Below, piece by piece: positions 13,048 to 27,572 of a DNA stretch of 64,000 bases. The stretch's first letter is position 1. Each line of letters starts with the position of its first letter. This DNA is from Anthoceros angustus. Taxonomy: Eukaryota; Plantae; Anthocerotophyta. The stretch is taken from contig MU008233.1 of the NCBI GenBank assembly GCA_010909165.1, forward strand, positions 1-64,000, in the 5' to 3' direction. The translations under genes and the position numbers were made by a program. The notes under the pieces were generated by a model that was not told the origin of the DNA, made no database searches, and saw only the letters and a program-made list of their open reading frames with translations.

Positions 13048-16000
13048 TGTAACCTAGCCGTACAACAAGTCATTTAGGTTTACATATAAACACATTATTA
13101 CATTACCCTTTCACTTACTCATTCAATGTCTTATGTTTTCTAAGCGCTTGCTCCAGCGTGCACCTCAACACAATGTCGGTGTCTTTGACAATAAGCCGAC
13201 CCTTCCCATTTTCTTATGGTATCGAGCCATATCGTGGCAATGATTTTATAGATGCAATGCCGAGCGAGGTCTAACTACGGATGCGGAGGAGGAGGTTTCA
13301 TGAAATCCTTCTCAAGGCACGCTGCATATCACTGATACGCTCGCGTGCATACGGCTAGTGCTAATTTCCAATCCCCAGGCGAGATCATGCATTCGAGGCT
13401 CTTTATGAGATTAATGATTCAACGCGTATTATACTCTGGCATGAGACCTGCGACACTGTGGACACCTTCTGAGACGATCAATCGTCACAGACGATCCTCG
13501 CTTGAGGCCACACAAGGAACATATTCCCCAATCAACACTTGAAACTTTGGAAGGTTCTTGAATGCAACAATTCGAGCAGGGAATCATTTGGAAGGCGATT
13601 GGACTCAGCAAATCGAAGATTCACAAATTCATCATGATTTTCTTGAGCATCAAAGAGTTGACCCTGCTCCAGGTTTTCAATGACATTCTGCGCTCCTTTG
13701 AGCGCCTCTGATTCTTTCCTTGATCACTATCTAGGGATGGTGGGAGGATCTCACGCTGAATTTTCTATCTTCCCCTCACATTTGCTTATTTGGTAGGAGC
13801 GATTAGTAACGTTTTTTAAAGCGAATCCTTCTTTGCCCTAGAAGACCCAGCTGAGTTAGTTTTCTTTTTGTGAGTAAAGCGTCATGAAACCAACCGCTTA
13901 CCTTTTAGATGGTCGAGGACACTGTTCATGTCAACAAGGACTTCTTCTTCAAATACCCCTACACCACATCCGCCGAGGTTAGATACCCAGTATGATGACT
14001 TAGCTTCCCCTCCACCTAGTCCTTCCTGGTCCCACCTGCATCCTCCACCAAACCCACTCTAACCTCCTCCACCCTCCCTCACACCTCCTCCTAATCCACC
14101 CATACCACCACTTGTACCACCAAATCCGCCTGTCAATATGGCTTCTGGTTCAACACCTTCTTTTACAGCAGAGCTAAACGAAAAAGACAGGTGCAATGGT
14201 ACCCGATATGAGGTGTGGCGTGTTTGCATGATGACCAATCTTCGCGCAAGAGGTGTGTGGGCAGTTGTAGATGGCTTCCTGCTTTGCTGTACATAAGGTC
14301 AACATAGTCTTCACAGCATATGTATTTTCCAATTGTTTCCAAATTTCGTGAGCTTTCGTCAAATACTCTACTTCAGGTATTAGAACCTCTCAGGCCGATA
14401 TCAATATAGAGTATTACCAATCGTCGTTGCCACTTGTCGATACCATCTGTCACCGATTGTTGACCTTACTGAGCAAAGAAGCATCAGTGAGTACAAATTA
14501 GTGGGGATGGCATGCTTTAAGGATGCGAGAGGTGAGAGTGTGGCCGCCACACAAGTAAATTCTCCTTCGCCACCGCCCAAATGAATGCCACCATGATCAA
14601 GAGGATGCCTTGCAACTATTGCTCGCATGCCTCGCCTCAGACGACTTTTGTTTCACCTGAATGTACCTCAGATTAGCAGCGAATAAAGTTAGCTGCACCC
14701 CGCCATTTCCTAACTGGGAAGGTGTGATACCGCACTTTACCGAGGAGCAGAGCCACTGATCAATTCCAAGTGACTGGAGGAAGACTGAACGGATAGAGTT
14801 TTGTATACCTCACGTCAGTGTGGAGGATATGGGCGAGGACGGCGAGGTGGAGGTGTTCCCATCTTCCGGATGCTAACAATAAAGCAACCCTCTTCTTCTG
14901 CTAAGAAACCTGGCAATTGCAACTGGTGTAATACCCTAACCGGGAGAGGCGTGAAAAAGAAAGCGGAGAACCTCGGTCCCAAGCCAAGTCAATTTCATAC
15001 CAAGGAGAAACCTTCAGTCGAGGAGGCAGCACGTTGTCAAGATTTTCACTATCTGCCTTTCCTCCTCCTCTACCGACCCTGGAAGTTGGTATCTTGACTC
15101 TGGCGCCATTGCACGTATCTGCAAAGACAAATGTCTGTTCAGCAATTATAAGGACATCCAGCATGGGGATCAAGGAGTTCTACTTGGCGATGAACAAAAA
15201 TCAACGAGCTTACCGATTCAGGGTTATGGTACATGCCGTTTTGTTATGACTGACAACTCAGTTCTCCATGTTCCAGGCATCTTATATGTACGTGGTATGG
15301 CCAAGAATCTCTTTTCGATCAGATTGCTTGCTATTCACCATAATCTGGAAGTTCGCTTTTCTTGAACATCCTTGAAGTCTTCATACGAGCGAGTTCTTGT
15401 ATTGGTAGAGGAGTTCCAGATGCCGATCTATATCGCCTGGACGCCATTTGTGAGACCCCTACAATCACAATACATCGCCTCTTCACACCGCCAAACATGA
15501 CAAGCAAAGTTATGGCATGCTCGCCTTGGGCATGTAAACAAGAACTCATTGATCAAAATGTCGACTGGAGATTGCTATGCTGAGCCCCTGCCACCTTGCT
15601 TTAAAGACTTACCTCTTTGTGAAGCCTGTTTGATTTCTGAACAGAAAGAGAAGTCCTTTCCAGACTCTGGTTTTCGCTCTTCTGCAGCTACTGAGTTAAA
15701 CCTCGAACTACATCAAATGGAAGTTTGCACAGCATTTTTGCATGGAGAAATCGAGGAGGAAATATATATGGAGCAACCTCAAGGCTATGTGGACAAGCGT
15801 TTCCCTAACAAGGTCCTCAACCTTCTCAGGGCCCTATATGGCCTTAAGCAGAGTGCTATGCTATGGAATAAGAAACTTGACGAGGAACTCAAAGCTTTAG
15901 GTTTTGTGCAAAGTCTTGACTCATCCGCTTTTATCCAGTCGACGGGCAGACTCATCCTCGCCGTATATGTGGATATTTGTATGTTTGCCTGCTCCGACTC

Positions 16001-19000
16001 GACCGCTCAACAAAATCAAGGTCTTCTTAGCGAAGTTTGAGATGAAGGATGTGGGAGCTCTAAAATTTTGTCTTGGTGTTCAAGTACTAAGGAACAGAGA
16101 TGAAGGGCTTATTATTATTCATCAGAAGAAGTACTGAATGAAATTCCGGGTTGCTTTTGAGCTAGATCGCGGAGCTAGGCCGGCCTCCTGTGTTACGTGG
16201 GAGCTAAACCACCGATCACAGCAAGATTCTGAGGAGATAGCAGACATGGAAAAGGTTCCATACGAGATTACTACGGTTGCTGATTTTTATCTCGAATTGA
16301 CACGCCCTAACATAGCACACTACTGCAGTTGTGTATCCCAATTCTCTGGAAAACCTCGACGCATCCATTGGGCGGTGTGAAGCAATTTATCGATATCCTG
16401 AAGGTACCTTGCATTTTGGCCTTTTCTATCGACCGAATTCTCTTTACGGACTAATTCTTTGATATACAGGATGCATGGGCCTCAGACTCGTGATTCATGC
16501 AAGAGTCTATCAACATACTGCTTTTCTTATAGCCGGAGGAGCTGTTAATTGGTCTGCCAAAAGCAAACATCCATAGCTCTATCATCGGCTGAAGTTGAGT
16601 ACATTTCACTCACTGACTCAACAAAGGAGGCTGAACGGGAGCGATCTTACCTGAAGGATATTCACCTTGAGCAGACGGGCCCCACAACCATCTTCTGTGA
16701 TAACAACTCTGCTATTGCTCTCGTCGCGAACCCCCGCTTTCATGCAAGGACGAAGCATTTTGAGATCAAGCACCACTATATCAAAGATACAGTATCAAAA
16801 GGAGTGATCAAAGTAGAGTACATCCCTACAGCTGAGAACACTGCTGATATTTTAACAAAGGCGTTGCCAAAGCTGAAGCATGCTATACATAGAGAGTCCC
16901 TTGGGCTCAAGGACTGACTACCTACGGATTTTGCTACCCGCCTATGCTTACATTCCTCTCAACGCCGACAAGCTTTACGCTCGTGCTACTTAAGGCGGTA
17001 TTTATTGGCTATGGCGAGACCTGTAAGGCATATAAACTAGTTGACTTGGATACCCATGCTATTGTATATGCTCGACCGCTACTTTTGATGAGGCTTTGGC
17101 ATTCCGCTTCGCTCGTCCTCGCTGGACTGCCGGCTCTAGAGTAGACGGAGCTATAATTGCCCACCACTTGTAATCAATTGTATCAATTAATAAAGCACTA
17201 AACTTTGATCAGACGCTTCCACAAAGCACCTCAAACTTTCTTATGTTATGGTACACATAAGGCATCAAGGCCTATAAATTGTAAGATGCTCCTACTAATC
17301 AGGTTATCTATGCTTGTAGTGTTACCTTTGATGAACAGCATCCTTGGGTCTCAGTGGGAGCTACTCCTTTCTCTCCGGATCTTGTTGATTCCGAGGAAAA
17401 TATTTTCCTTCATGTCTCTCATTTTGATTCTACTGATCATGGCCCCTTAGCATCTGCTGAGGATCCTCTTGCCCCTGTTCTAGATATTGTCTCTGTGAGG
17501 TGGGGATAATAGCCATGTTAGCGTAAGATGAACTCTTAACACCTCACCGGCCTTTCCAAGCCGGCTCAAGAATGGTGTAACATTGAATATGCATGCAGGT
17601 TAGATGGAAATTGTTTTAAGTCCAATGCAGATGTATGTGTGTAGTTCGTTTTGGTTTGTGGAATTATTGCTATCTTGTAGCCTTTTGTGGTGTTCATGAC
17701 GCTTAGTGCCACTCGAACAAACTCGCATGCACGATGCGGTGGAGATGCAAAGGCTTATAATCTTATGCCAAGATATATGATGTGTTGCCGGAGGCGTATG
17801 CTACACATGGCGCTGGTGTTGGACCCGTTGTATGCACAAGCTTTTATCCATCAAGTTTTATCCGTCAAAGCTCTACAAGATGGCGCGATTTTACAAGGGT
17901 TGAGGACGGCAATTTTACATAAGGGATTTTACAAGGGTTGTCTGTTGAGGAAATGCTTAAATGAATGCAAGTGCCTACCTCGTGCGACAGGGTTGTAGTA
18001 TGTAACTAGCCGGAAAACCCGGGCCGCATCATTGGGCAAAAAGTGTGAAGCTTAATTTATCCCGATATCACTGAAGGGTACACCTTGCATTTTGGCCTTT
18101 TCTATCAACTTGAATTCTCTTCTGGACTAATTCTTTCAGCATATATGACAGAGGAGATGCGGTGGGCCTCCGACTCGATTCATGCAAGAGTCTATCAACA
18201 TACCGCTTTAACTCTTATAGCGGGAGGAGGCTATAACGGTCTGCAAAAGCAAACATCCATAGCTCTATCATCGATCGGGTTGAGTACATTTCACTCACCT
18301 TGACTCAACAAAGGAGGCCGAAGCAGGGGCGATCTTACGAAGGATATTCACCTTGGCCGACATTCATTCGGGCCCCACAACTATCTTACATGATATAACA
18401 ACTACGCTGCTCTCGTCGCGAACCCCGCTTTCATGCAAGGACGAAGCATTTTGAGATCAAGCACCACTATATCAAAGATACGGATTGTCAAAGGGTGATC
18501 AAAGTGAGTACATCCCTCACAGGCGAGAATGCTGATATTTTAACAAAGGCGTTGCCAAAGCTGAAGCATGCTATACATAGAGAGTCCCTTGGGCTCAAGG
18601 ACTTCAGCTACCTACTTCGGATTTTTTGCTACCCCGCCTATGCTTACATTCCCTCTCAACTTCGTGACAAGCTTTCTGCTCGTGCTCGCAAGCTGGTATT
18701 TGTTGGCTATGGCGAGGACCGTAAGGCATATAAACTAGTTGACTTGGATACCCATGCTATTGTATATGCTCGCACTGTCACTTTTGATGAGGCTCGGTTG
18801 CATCACTCGTTACATCCTCATGGACTCGCTTGACTCTAGGCAGACCACAGGCTATAATTGCCCACCACTTGTAATCAATTGTATCAATTAATAAAGCACT
18901 AAACTTTGATCGGGCGCCCACAAAGTTCCTCAAACTTTCTTATGTTATGGTACACATAAGGCATCAAGGCCTATAAATTGTAAGATGTCTACTAATCAAA

Positions 19001-19755
19001 GTTATCTATGCTTGTAGTGTTACCTTTGATGACAAGCATCCTTTGGGGTCTCGATGGAGCTACTCGCTTTCTCTAGGATCTTGTTGATTCCGAGGAAAAT
19101 ATTTTCCTTCATGTCTCTCATTTTGATTCTACTGATCATGGCCCCTTAGCATCTGCTGAGGATCCTCTTGCCCCTGTTCTAGATATTGTTCCTGTAGGTG
19201 GGGATAATATAGCCATGTTAGCAGAAGATGAACCAGAACAGCCTACTGACCCTTTCCAAGCCGGCTCATGACGGCAGCTGAGAGTGGTGTGAATATTGCA
19301 GTGCATGCAGTTAGATGGAAATTGTTTTAAGTCCAGGCTGCAGTCTATGTAGATGTGTGTAGTTCGTTTTTGGTTTGTGGAATTATTGCTATCTTGTAGT
19401 AACCAGTCTTTGTGGTGTTCATGACGCTTAGTGCCACTCGCCGAACAAGCCTGGCATGCCTGATGCGTGTGCAGTGGAGATGCAGTGCTTGTAACTTATG
19501 CCAAGATATATGATGTGTTGCCGGAGGCAGATGCTACACATGGCGCGATGGGTGTTGACCCGTTGTATGCACAAGCTTTTTATCTGTCAAGTTTTATCCG
19601 TCAAGCGCTCTACAAAGATGGCGATTTTACAAGGGTTGTCTGTTGAGGAAGACGGCAATTTTACAAGGGATTTTACAAGGGTTGTCTGTTGAGGAAATGC
19701 TTAAATGAATGCAAGTGCCTACCTCGTGCGACAGGGTTGTAGTATGTAACTAGCC
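13048..19755 (+). mobile_element. Ty1/Copia retrotransposon, rearranged and partly tandem-duplicated
   Basis: PBS-like TGGTATCGAGCC (13217). gag LRARGVWAVVDG (~14250). Protease WYLDSGA (~15085). LWHARLGH (~15510). RT HQMEVCTAFLHGEIEEEIYMEQPQG (~15710). RNase H HARTKHFEIKHHYIKD...ADILTKAL (16549-16917). The LTR boundary (TGTAAC at 13048) is tentative. Confidence 0.85.
16348..19755 (+). repeat. Tandem duplication of ~1.7 kb (16348-18011 and 18012-19755)
   Basis: Both copies start GGAAAACC, end TGTAACTAGCC, and contain the RNase H and SH3/linker blocks. They differ by many small indels. Confidence 0.9.
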
Positions 19756-20995
19756 AGGTGGTAGGGAGAAAGATAAAGAACGTTTTGCAGTCACCAGATG
19801 CCACATATGTTTTTGAGTCCACCCTTCACGCGTAGAGTTGGTTCCGTTGGGGGGTGCCATGCTGAGAAAGAAGTTTCTAGAAAAGATTGCAAGGTCTACA
19901 AGTCATAAATGCTATTTAGCTTCCGCTCAGGTATGACAAGAAGATAGACTTTTTGAAAAGGGTGGCCGCAGAAGTTGTGAAATTCCCCTAAGGCAACAAC
20001 AATCGCAGTAATCGAAGACAATGTTGGACAAATAATTCCTCGCTTCTTCTTCTACGTGGAATGCAGGAATGCCTTTTCTGTGCACAAAGGGTACCTGCTC
20101 GTAATCTGCGCAAAGGACTTATCATTATTGTGCACAACAACATCGTGATAAGGTACATATGTGGTTCTAAACATGCAGTTTAAGCCTGATGCTTAGTTCA
20201 CAGACTGGTTAGCGAGTGTTCACAGATTGATTAATGAGTAACATAACAAACCTGTGCATGAAGGTCAAGGACAGTTAGTAGGAGGACAACCATGATCAAA
20301 CAACAAAACGAAACACAAATAAACGCACTATGGTGCATGCGTTACTTGAGGCAAAGACTCAGATAGCCTTGCTTTTCCTATCAATTTTTCTTGTACCCTC
20401 TTCTAGTCAACAAGAAAGTCAAGAGCTACATACAAATGGCTCCCTACTGCATCACTCCTACATCCACCCGCAATTGCATCCTCCACATCCTCTACATCCT
20501 CCCATCCTCCTACATCCTCATACAATGGCTACCTACCGCATCTTCCTACATCCTCCCGCGATTGCATCCTCCCGCATCCTCCAGCCAAAAAGAACATTGA
20601 TCAGAACTCCTAGTTCCTAGTTCACAGCCCGCATGGTGATATCGCACAGTCTTTTTGGTTCCAAACAATTTTGGGAGCGGTGTGGGTGTCGTTGTGGGTG
20701 TCGTTTTGGTTGGATGGGGAAAGGCCCAATCATCTCGAATCAGAACCCTTGCTGAAGATTTCTCCCCCGGGTTTGTTTTGATTTATTTTCAAAATACCAA
20801 ATTAAAAAAGATAAGGATTCACATGTCAATCTCTCTCCGAAACTTCGAAACCACAACGTTCCTTTTGTTCTGGGTACCCAATCGAAATTCGTCTGCATTT
20901 TTCTTCAAGGTGGTGTGGTCACACACAGTAGACTACCTGCCATCGTGCTCTATATAGATAGTCTGTTGTTACCTTTCGGGAACGGGACCGGAACG

Positions 20996-23932
20996 ATGGT
21001 CACAGTATGGCAACCGGACCCGGTGTGGTCCCAACAAATTGGTGTATGTACAGGGATTCTACAAGGAGCTCCCGCTCATCTCACCGCAGGTAGTCGATCT
21101 CCGGCAAACAATCAATCCTCCAGGTGCAGCAGCAGTGTAAGAAGCCCAGCACGTCCACTTCCGACAAACCCTACGGGTGGGGGCGTTGGTCGTTGCCAGG
21201 AACAGGAGCAGGAGCAATTGTGGCAACAATTTTTTGTGGATCCTACCATGTGGTGGGACAACAGACGAGATAAGAAGAGCTCGCTTGACTTCCGGCGGGA
21301 TCCGGCGAGGTCCTGTGGTTAAACAACATGTTCAAGCCAGCTTGGGTTGATGAGCACGTTTCCTTGGATATGCAGATGGGTCATGGTGCCTCTCCTTCCG
21401 GGTCGAGCTCTCCGGATAATCCTGAACCTGGGAGGCGGAGTCGGACAGTCCAGGTCCAGCAGTCTAAGGAGCCCAGCACTTCATCCGAGAGTGTGCGGGT
21501 GGGGACGAGATTCCAACGGATGGTCGTCGTCAGGAGCAGGAGCACTTGTGGCAACAATTTTTCTGGACCCTACCATGTGGTGGGACAACAGACGAGATAA
21601 GAAGAGCTGTTCGCCTGACTTCCGGCGTAAGGGGTCCGGCGAGGTGCTGTGGTTAAACAACATGTTTAAGCCAGCTTGGGTTGATGAGCAGCTCGTTTCC
21701 TTGGATATGCAGATGGGTCATGGTGCCTCCTTCCGAGTCCAGCTCCGGATAAGCCTGAACCTGGGAGGCGTGCAGGATCGGAAATGGCGTCGTACGGCTG
21801 AACCGTGAGCACGTTATGTCAGCAGGGAAGCTTGAGGCCGTTGGAGCCCTGGAATCTCTGGCGCAGACAGACTCTGTTTCTCAGTCTCTGTTTACACTGT
21901 GCTGAAACTGTGTACAGCTAAGAAGGATCTGGTTGTGGGGCGACGAGTTCATGATCTCACTGTCAAACTTGGGTACGAGTCGAATGCATACTTGGGGAAC
22001 CATATCTTGCGCATGTATGCATGTGGAGGTAGGCTAGAGGAGGCCATGGATGTGTTCACCAGGGTGCAAACCAGATGCCTTCATGTGGTCTTCCATAATC
22101 TCTGCACATGCTAAGCATGGGAAACCTAATGAGGCCATACAACTGTACCATGAGATGCGTAGGTCAGGAGTGAAGGCGATGCTCACGTCTTTGTAGCTGC
22201 CCTTCAAGCTTGTGCATTTGCCGCCGACTTGGAATCTGGCAGAAAAGTGCACTGTGATGTGGTGAGTGGCATTCTACTAACTTGTTTGTTGGCAACTGCC
22301 TGGTGGACATGTATGCAAAATGTGGCGAACTGAAAGATGCACGCCAGGTTTTTGACAGCATGGCCACAAAGGATGTGGTGACATGGAATGCCCTGATTCT
22401 GGGTATGCAGTGGTGAACTGAAAGATGCACGCCAGGTTTTTGACAGCATGAACACAAGGATGTGGTGACATGGAATGCCCTGATTGCTGGGTATGCAGCT
22501 TGGCCAAGAGGCGCTTGTTGTATGGACAAATGGAGCAGGAGGGCCTCATTTTGGCTGACCATGTTACTTTTGCTTGCCTTCTGAAGGCCTGTGCAAGCAC
22601 TGGTGCCTTACAGAAGGGCAGGCAGCTGCACTCAGATTGTCAAAGAGGACTTGACGACATACGGTGGGCACCTGCCTGGTGGACATGTATGCAAAATGTG
22701 GTGAACTGGAAGATGCACGCCAGGTTTTTGACAGCATGGCCACAAAGGATGTGGTGACATGGAATGCCTGATTGCTGGGTATGCACAGCAAGGACTCGGC
22801 CAAGAGGCGCTTGTGTATGGACAAATGGAGAGCGGGCCTCATTTTGGCTGACCATGTTACTTTTGCTTGCCTTCTGAAGGCCTGTGCACTGGTGCCTTAC
22901 AGAAGGGCAGGCAGCTGCACTCAGATTGTGAAAGAGGACTGCTGGATAACGTGTGGGCACTGCCTGGTGGACATGTATGCAAAATGTGGTGAACTGGAAG
23001 ACGCACGCCAGGTTTTTGACACCATGAACGCAAAGGATGTGGTGACATGGACCGCCCTGATATCTGGGTATGGTACTTGTGATGAAGGTCACAAGGCACT
23101 AGCTTGTTTTGAGGAAATGTTAGTTGCCGGTATTCAGCCTGATGATGCTACTTTTACTTGCCTTCTAGTAGCATGCAGTCATGAGGGACTGGTCAACGAG
23201 GGTCGCAAGCACTTTGATTCCATGGCTGAACAGCATGGCATCAAACCTACTATTGAGCATTACACTGCATGATTGATCTTCTTGGGCGTGCAGGCCATTT
23301 AGATGAGGCTGAGAAGATGCTATTATCATGTGAGGGCCAAAGTGTTGTGGGCTTGACTCTTGTTGAATGCCTGCAAAAGTCACGGGGATATAGAGAGGGC
23401 GATGGTGTTTTGAAAGCATTGTTAGGCTGGACCTCAATGCACCCTGCATATGTGCTCATGGCCAATGCCTATGCAGATGCAGGTAGGTGGACCGATGTAG
23501 ACAGGATTGAAACACAGAGAAGGGTAGCAGGAGCTAACAAGAAACCTGCAGTGGCGACCATTGAGGTGAATAGCAGGTACATAGATTTGGTGGGAGAAAG
23601 GAGAGATATTGCGCTTAAGGTAGAGAGCACGAATGCACGTCTGAAGCAGGAAGGAGGCCACGTACCTCACACAAAGTTGGTGTTGAAGCCACTGTCTGAG
23701 AAGGAAAAGGAAGATGCGCTTTGTGGGCATGCTGAGAAGCTAGCTCTGGCGTTTGGTCTCTTGAACACCTGAGTGGGACACCTCTGGTGGTAACGAAGAA
23801 TCTACGCATGTGCAGTGACTGCCACAGTTCCACGGAGATCATGTCAAGGCTTGAACAGAGACATTGTTGTAAGGGATGGGTACCGTGCATCGATTCGCAG
23901 CTGGTTGTTGCAGTTGTAAAGGTCGACCGTGA
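20996..23932 (+). CDS. PPR copy 1: presequence-like N-terminus, 2x PDF motif, PLS PPR array, E domain, DYW:KP ending in GRP (frameshifted)
   Basis: ATG at 20996 (MVTVWQPDP). PDF motifs at 21218-21357 and 21546-21694. DVVTWx[24 protein letters not shown] repeats. [23 protein letters not shown] and CSDCH. Ends GGTCGACCGTGA (GRP*) at 23932. Confidence 0.85.
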
Positions 23933-26159
23933 GAACAACGGTGGAAGTGCTCAATTGTATACGCCAGTATTGCTTGGGGTGATGTGTGTTGGTTAAACAA
24001 ACGATCGGAGTGTGTGGAGGGTATTTTAAAAAAATGCTGCATTTGAAGGACATGAGCCTTATCAAATCTAAGATAATCGAGGTGATATGCCTGAAACTTT
24101 TAGAAGTTTGTTTGTGATGTAGTCCTGGTTTAGGGTCAAATCGGGCACAAAGCAGGATCAGTTGCGCTCCATGAGGCTACAGATCTTGGGTATCTGCACA
24201 GCCTATGGAGGCTAAGACGATCATCGCAGTGGCCTCTATAGAGCCACACTCCGAAAGAAAACTGCAAATCGTGGATAGTTCGTGATATGTGCAAAATTTG
24301 TGTACGCTTGAAAGCAAACAGACTGGAACGAAACTGTAACCCGTCACGCTCCTGACCTAACTTAAAACGCATCCTCGTGTGCACATTGCGGACGGAGTTC
24401 TTGCTGTGATTGGTTGTTCTAGAATGCATAATCCGATGGAGGTTAGAAGCTGGGCGTGGGACCACGGCATTTGCCACCTTTTCGTCGTGATCGACGTTGA
24501 GGCCGGATATCGTGCCCGCCTCCTTCCAGAAACGGCTTTGGTTGATACTTGTTACCATGGCTGAGCCTTTCCATGATTTTGAATCCTCTCCTCACTTCAA
24601 TGGCTTAAATGTCGAGAACCATTTTCTGTGAAGCTGGGAGTGCTTGGGATCGGCGAACATTGTACACAATTGCAATGCCCGAGCTGCCCGTTTGGTAGCG
24701 AGAGACAAACGTATGCTCAAAGTCTCAATTGAGACGGTCATTATTAACCATGTCCAACCCTGAGCGTACATACATACTGCAGATGGTCCTCCAAACTGAG
24801 TGCCCATTCCTCGAAGTAATGCACCATTTATGCATTCGGCCGGTCATCCACCAGTTCCAGGTGTTGATGCTTGTTAAGAGGCCATGCTATAGCTTCTTTT
24901 CCGATCCTCCTGCCTCCTGCCCCAGATCGCGGCCAGGCATAGAGGCGAATATGCAGGTATAGAAGGCATCGTGTTTCATGAAGGCAATGAGGGCATCGAC
25001 TTCCATGGCGAGGCTTAGAAATTAGGTGAGGTTGGAGGTTTCACCTCTCCATTATCGGGCAAGTGTGGATTAAATACAATGTACAATAGAAAGTACAAGT
25101 GTTTGTGGGTAGAAGTGGTTATGGTTGTAATCAATATGACCGATAACTAAATAAAGTAACTATCAACCTTATGAATTAATTAATTATTAAGTCTAGGATT
25201 TCTAGGCCTAATGAATAATCCCCAATTAATAAAGGTTTCATCCCCACTCACTATGAAGTAGGGAAATGAGCTAGATAATTATCCTAATATAACCTAGACT
25301 CACTAGCAAAAGTTGGTGAAGCAAATGAAAAGCCAACATAAATTGAATTAAATGGATTTGTAAATGAAAGCACCAAATAAGGAAAATAGGCTTAAATACG
25401 GGAAAATCTTGTAGATAGGAAAATGCCCTTATCCGAATCTCACATGCTTATAACCCTCACCATCTTGTGTGTTTTTTCTCATTCTCACAAATGTGGTACA
25501 TGGCCTAATGTATGTAAGTCAGCAATGCATGGGTGCACACAAGTGGCAAAGCTTGCTGTGATACAAGCACACCCACTCACAGAAAACCTATCTAAGGATG
25601 GCATGCCTGCTCATGGAGGGAGCATAAGAGCATAGGGCCCTATGGAAGCATAAGAGCATAGGGTTCTAGATATTGAGCCTTCATTAGTATAAATTTGCAC
25701 ATCATGAAGTTTTGTTGCTCGTGGAGTTGGTGAAGTGGTAAAACTCCGCAAGAATCATAGGTGCAGTTCGACATTTAAGTTGCCTTTTATACTACTGTTG
25801 AGTATCTTTGAGAACCTGCCACCACATGCACTGCACCATACAGGTAAATTCCACATAGACCAAACCATGACGAGGCTAATTTTATACAGTTAAGTTGAGT
25901 ATCTGGTGGGTGCATGCTACACACATGCACTGCACCATACCTAGAGGTAAATTCGTCATATAGACCACCATGTGGAATGACCCATGCTCCGAGATATCGA
26001 ATCATGTTTTGGGATTGTCAGAACTTAGTCCAAAGATTCTCAAGTGGTTAGATAATCCTCACTGAATGCCCATAAACCGAGCATCAAGTCATGGGTTTTG
26101 CAGCGAATCTTGGTCCAGATTCTCAAAGTGGGTTTGTATAATCCACGGTCAAATATTAT

Positions 26160-26330
26160 GGTGTTATTTAGATGATGATCTTTCATGCACCCACATATGA
26201 ATAAGGTTAAAGACTAAGGCATGAATTTGAAATGAAAGATGTGGGTGAGTTGAAATTTGTCTTGTGTCAAGTCCTTCTGGAGATATAGAGATACGATCTA
26301 CCAGTTGTGGAACTAGCCACCCCACTCCCT
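26160..26330 (+). mobile_element. Copia RT fragment in the spacer between PPR copies 1 and 2
   Basis: Degraded counterpart of the 35127-35330 fragment (HEFEMKDVGELKF). Confidence 0.65.
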
Positions 26331-27572
26331 GCACCATCTTTTGAATTAAGGGTCACCATGTATCACTTTTTATTCCTAAAAGGTCCAAGGACCTTCTAAG
26401 GCCTCGAATACAGTTTCGAGGTCCAGACTAATTATTCGTGAAAGTAAGTGCAATGAACAAGGACAATTTTTGGTATAAAAGGCCTTTGCCTCGATATTTA
26501 CACTCCATCACCAAACATGAAAAATGAAAAAACGCTCAAACCGAGCTGGGGAATAGGCACTGGTGGACTTCACATATGGGCATCACAACACGAACCAATA
26601 TGCATTATAAAGATACCACACTAGCTCTTACCTCATATGACAAAAGGCCATTGCACAATTCAAAATCCAAGGCCATAGGCTGACGATCAAGAATAACGAA
26701 ATTTAAGAATATGCCAACATTGCAATCTTGAGGAGATTGACCAAGCACACATCTTTTACAAGTAAAATTTAAATCTTGGTCCAAAAGCTAATAATTTTTG
26801 AGCAAATTCTTGACAAAGGCCAAACCTCAGGGTCATTGTGGGAAGGTGGCTTGCCATTTATCTTAAGACAGAGAACCATTTGGCTGTTGCCAAAAAGCAT
26901 GAGGCTTCATGTTGCATTGCTAACCAACACACCATCATAGAGGTCAAAGTCTCCTTGATGTCTTTCCTGTGCAATGAAGAAGAATTTGCATCTCGGTAAA
27001 TTTTCCCATGGAGGAAGGAGATACACATGGACACAGTCTTCACCTATCGTCTGTGGCCTCACTTATCTCCCTTTCAATTTTAACCTCTCGACATGAGCTT
27101 GAGTTTTCAAACTTGCCGGAAGCTTCTATGATTTCTACTTGGCCAGCAAAATCAACTTCAAATTCTAAACCTAGTCCACTCTATCTGGAAGGCCAATCAC
27201 CAACCATAAAACATAACTGACCATGCTCAACATCCACTGCCTTGTATTGTAGTCCTCTAATTGCAGAAAAACCATAATTGAGATTCAAATATCGTTGAGA
27301 TGTTAGTCTCCACAACTTTTTTCTTGAAGTTCCATCAGAGCCTGACATTATGTTGTAAAATGACAACATCGACACTGGGAACCGGTGGTCCGTCTTGGTG
27401 AACGTATGGTCCCATCACTTCGCGAGGAATGCGCGCTCAGATCTGAGGGGACTAGCCTCATATGTATGCTCCTGTGTCCGTTGGGACAGGAAGAGGTTAA
27501 CCAAACACATCACCCCGAAAAGAAAATGCAATATCCGGCTATACAATTGAGCTCTGGTAGTCCACCATATTC

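Noticed and set aside
19760-20330. Possible host-gene exon (DYEQVPFVHRKGIPAFHVEEE, minus strand)
   Set aside because: Too short and not assignable to any family from the sequence alone.
20330-20620. His/Pro-rich ORF
   Set aside because: Derived from low-complexity CATCCTC repeats; no family features.
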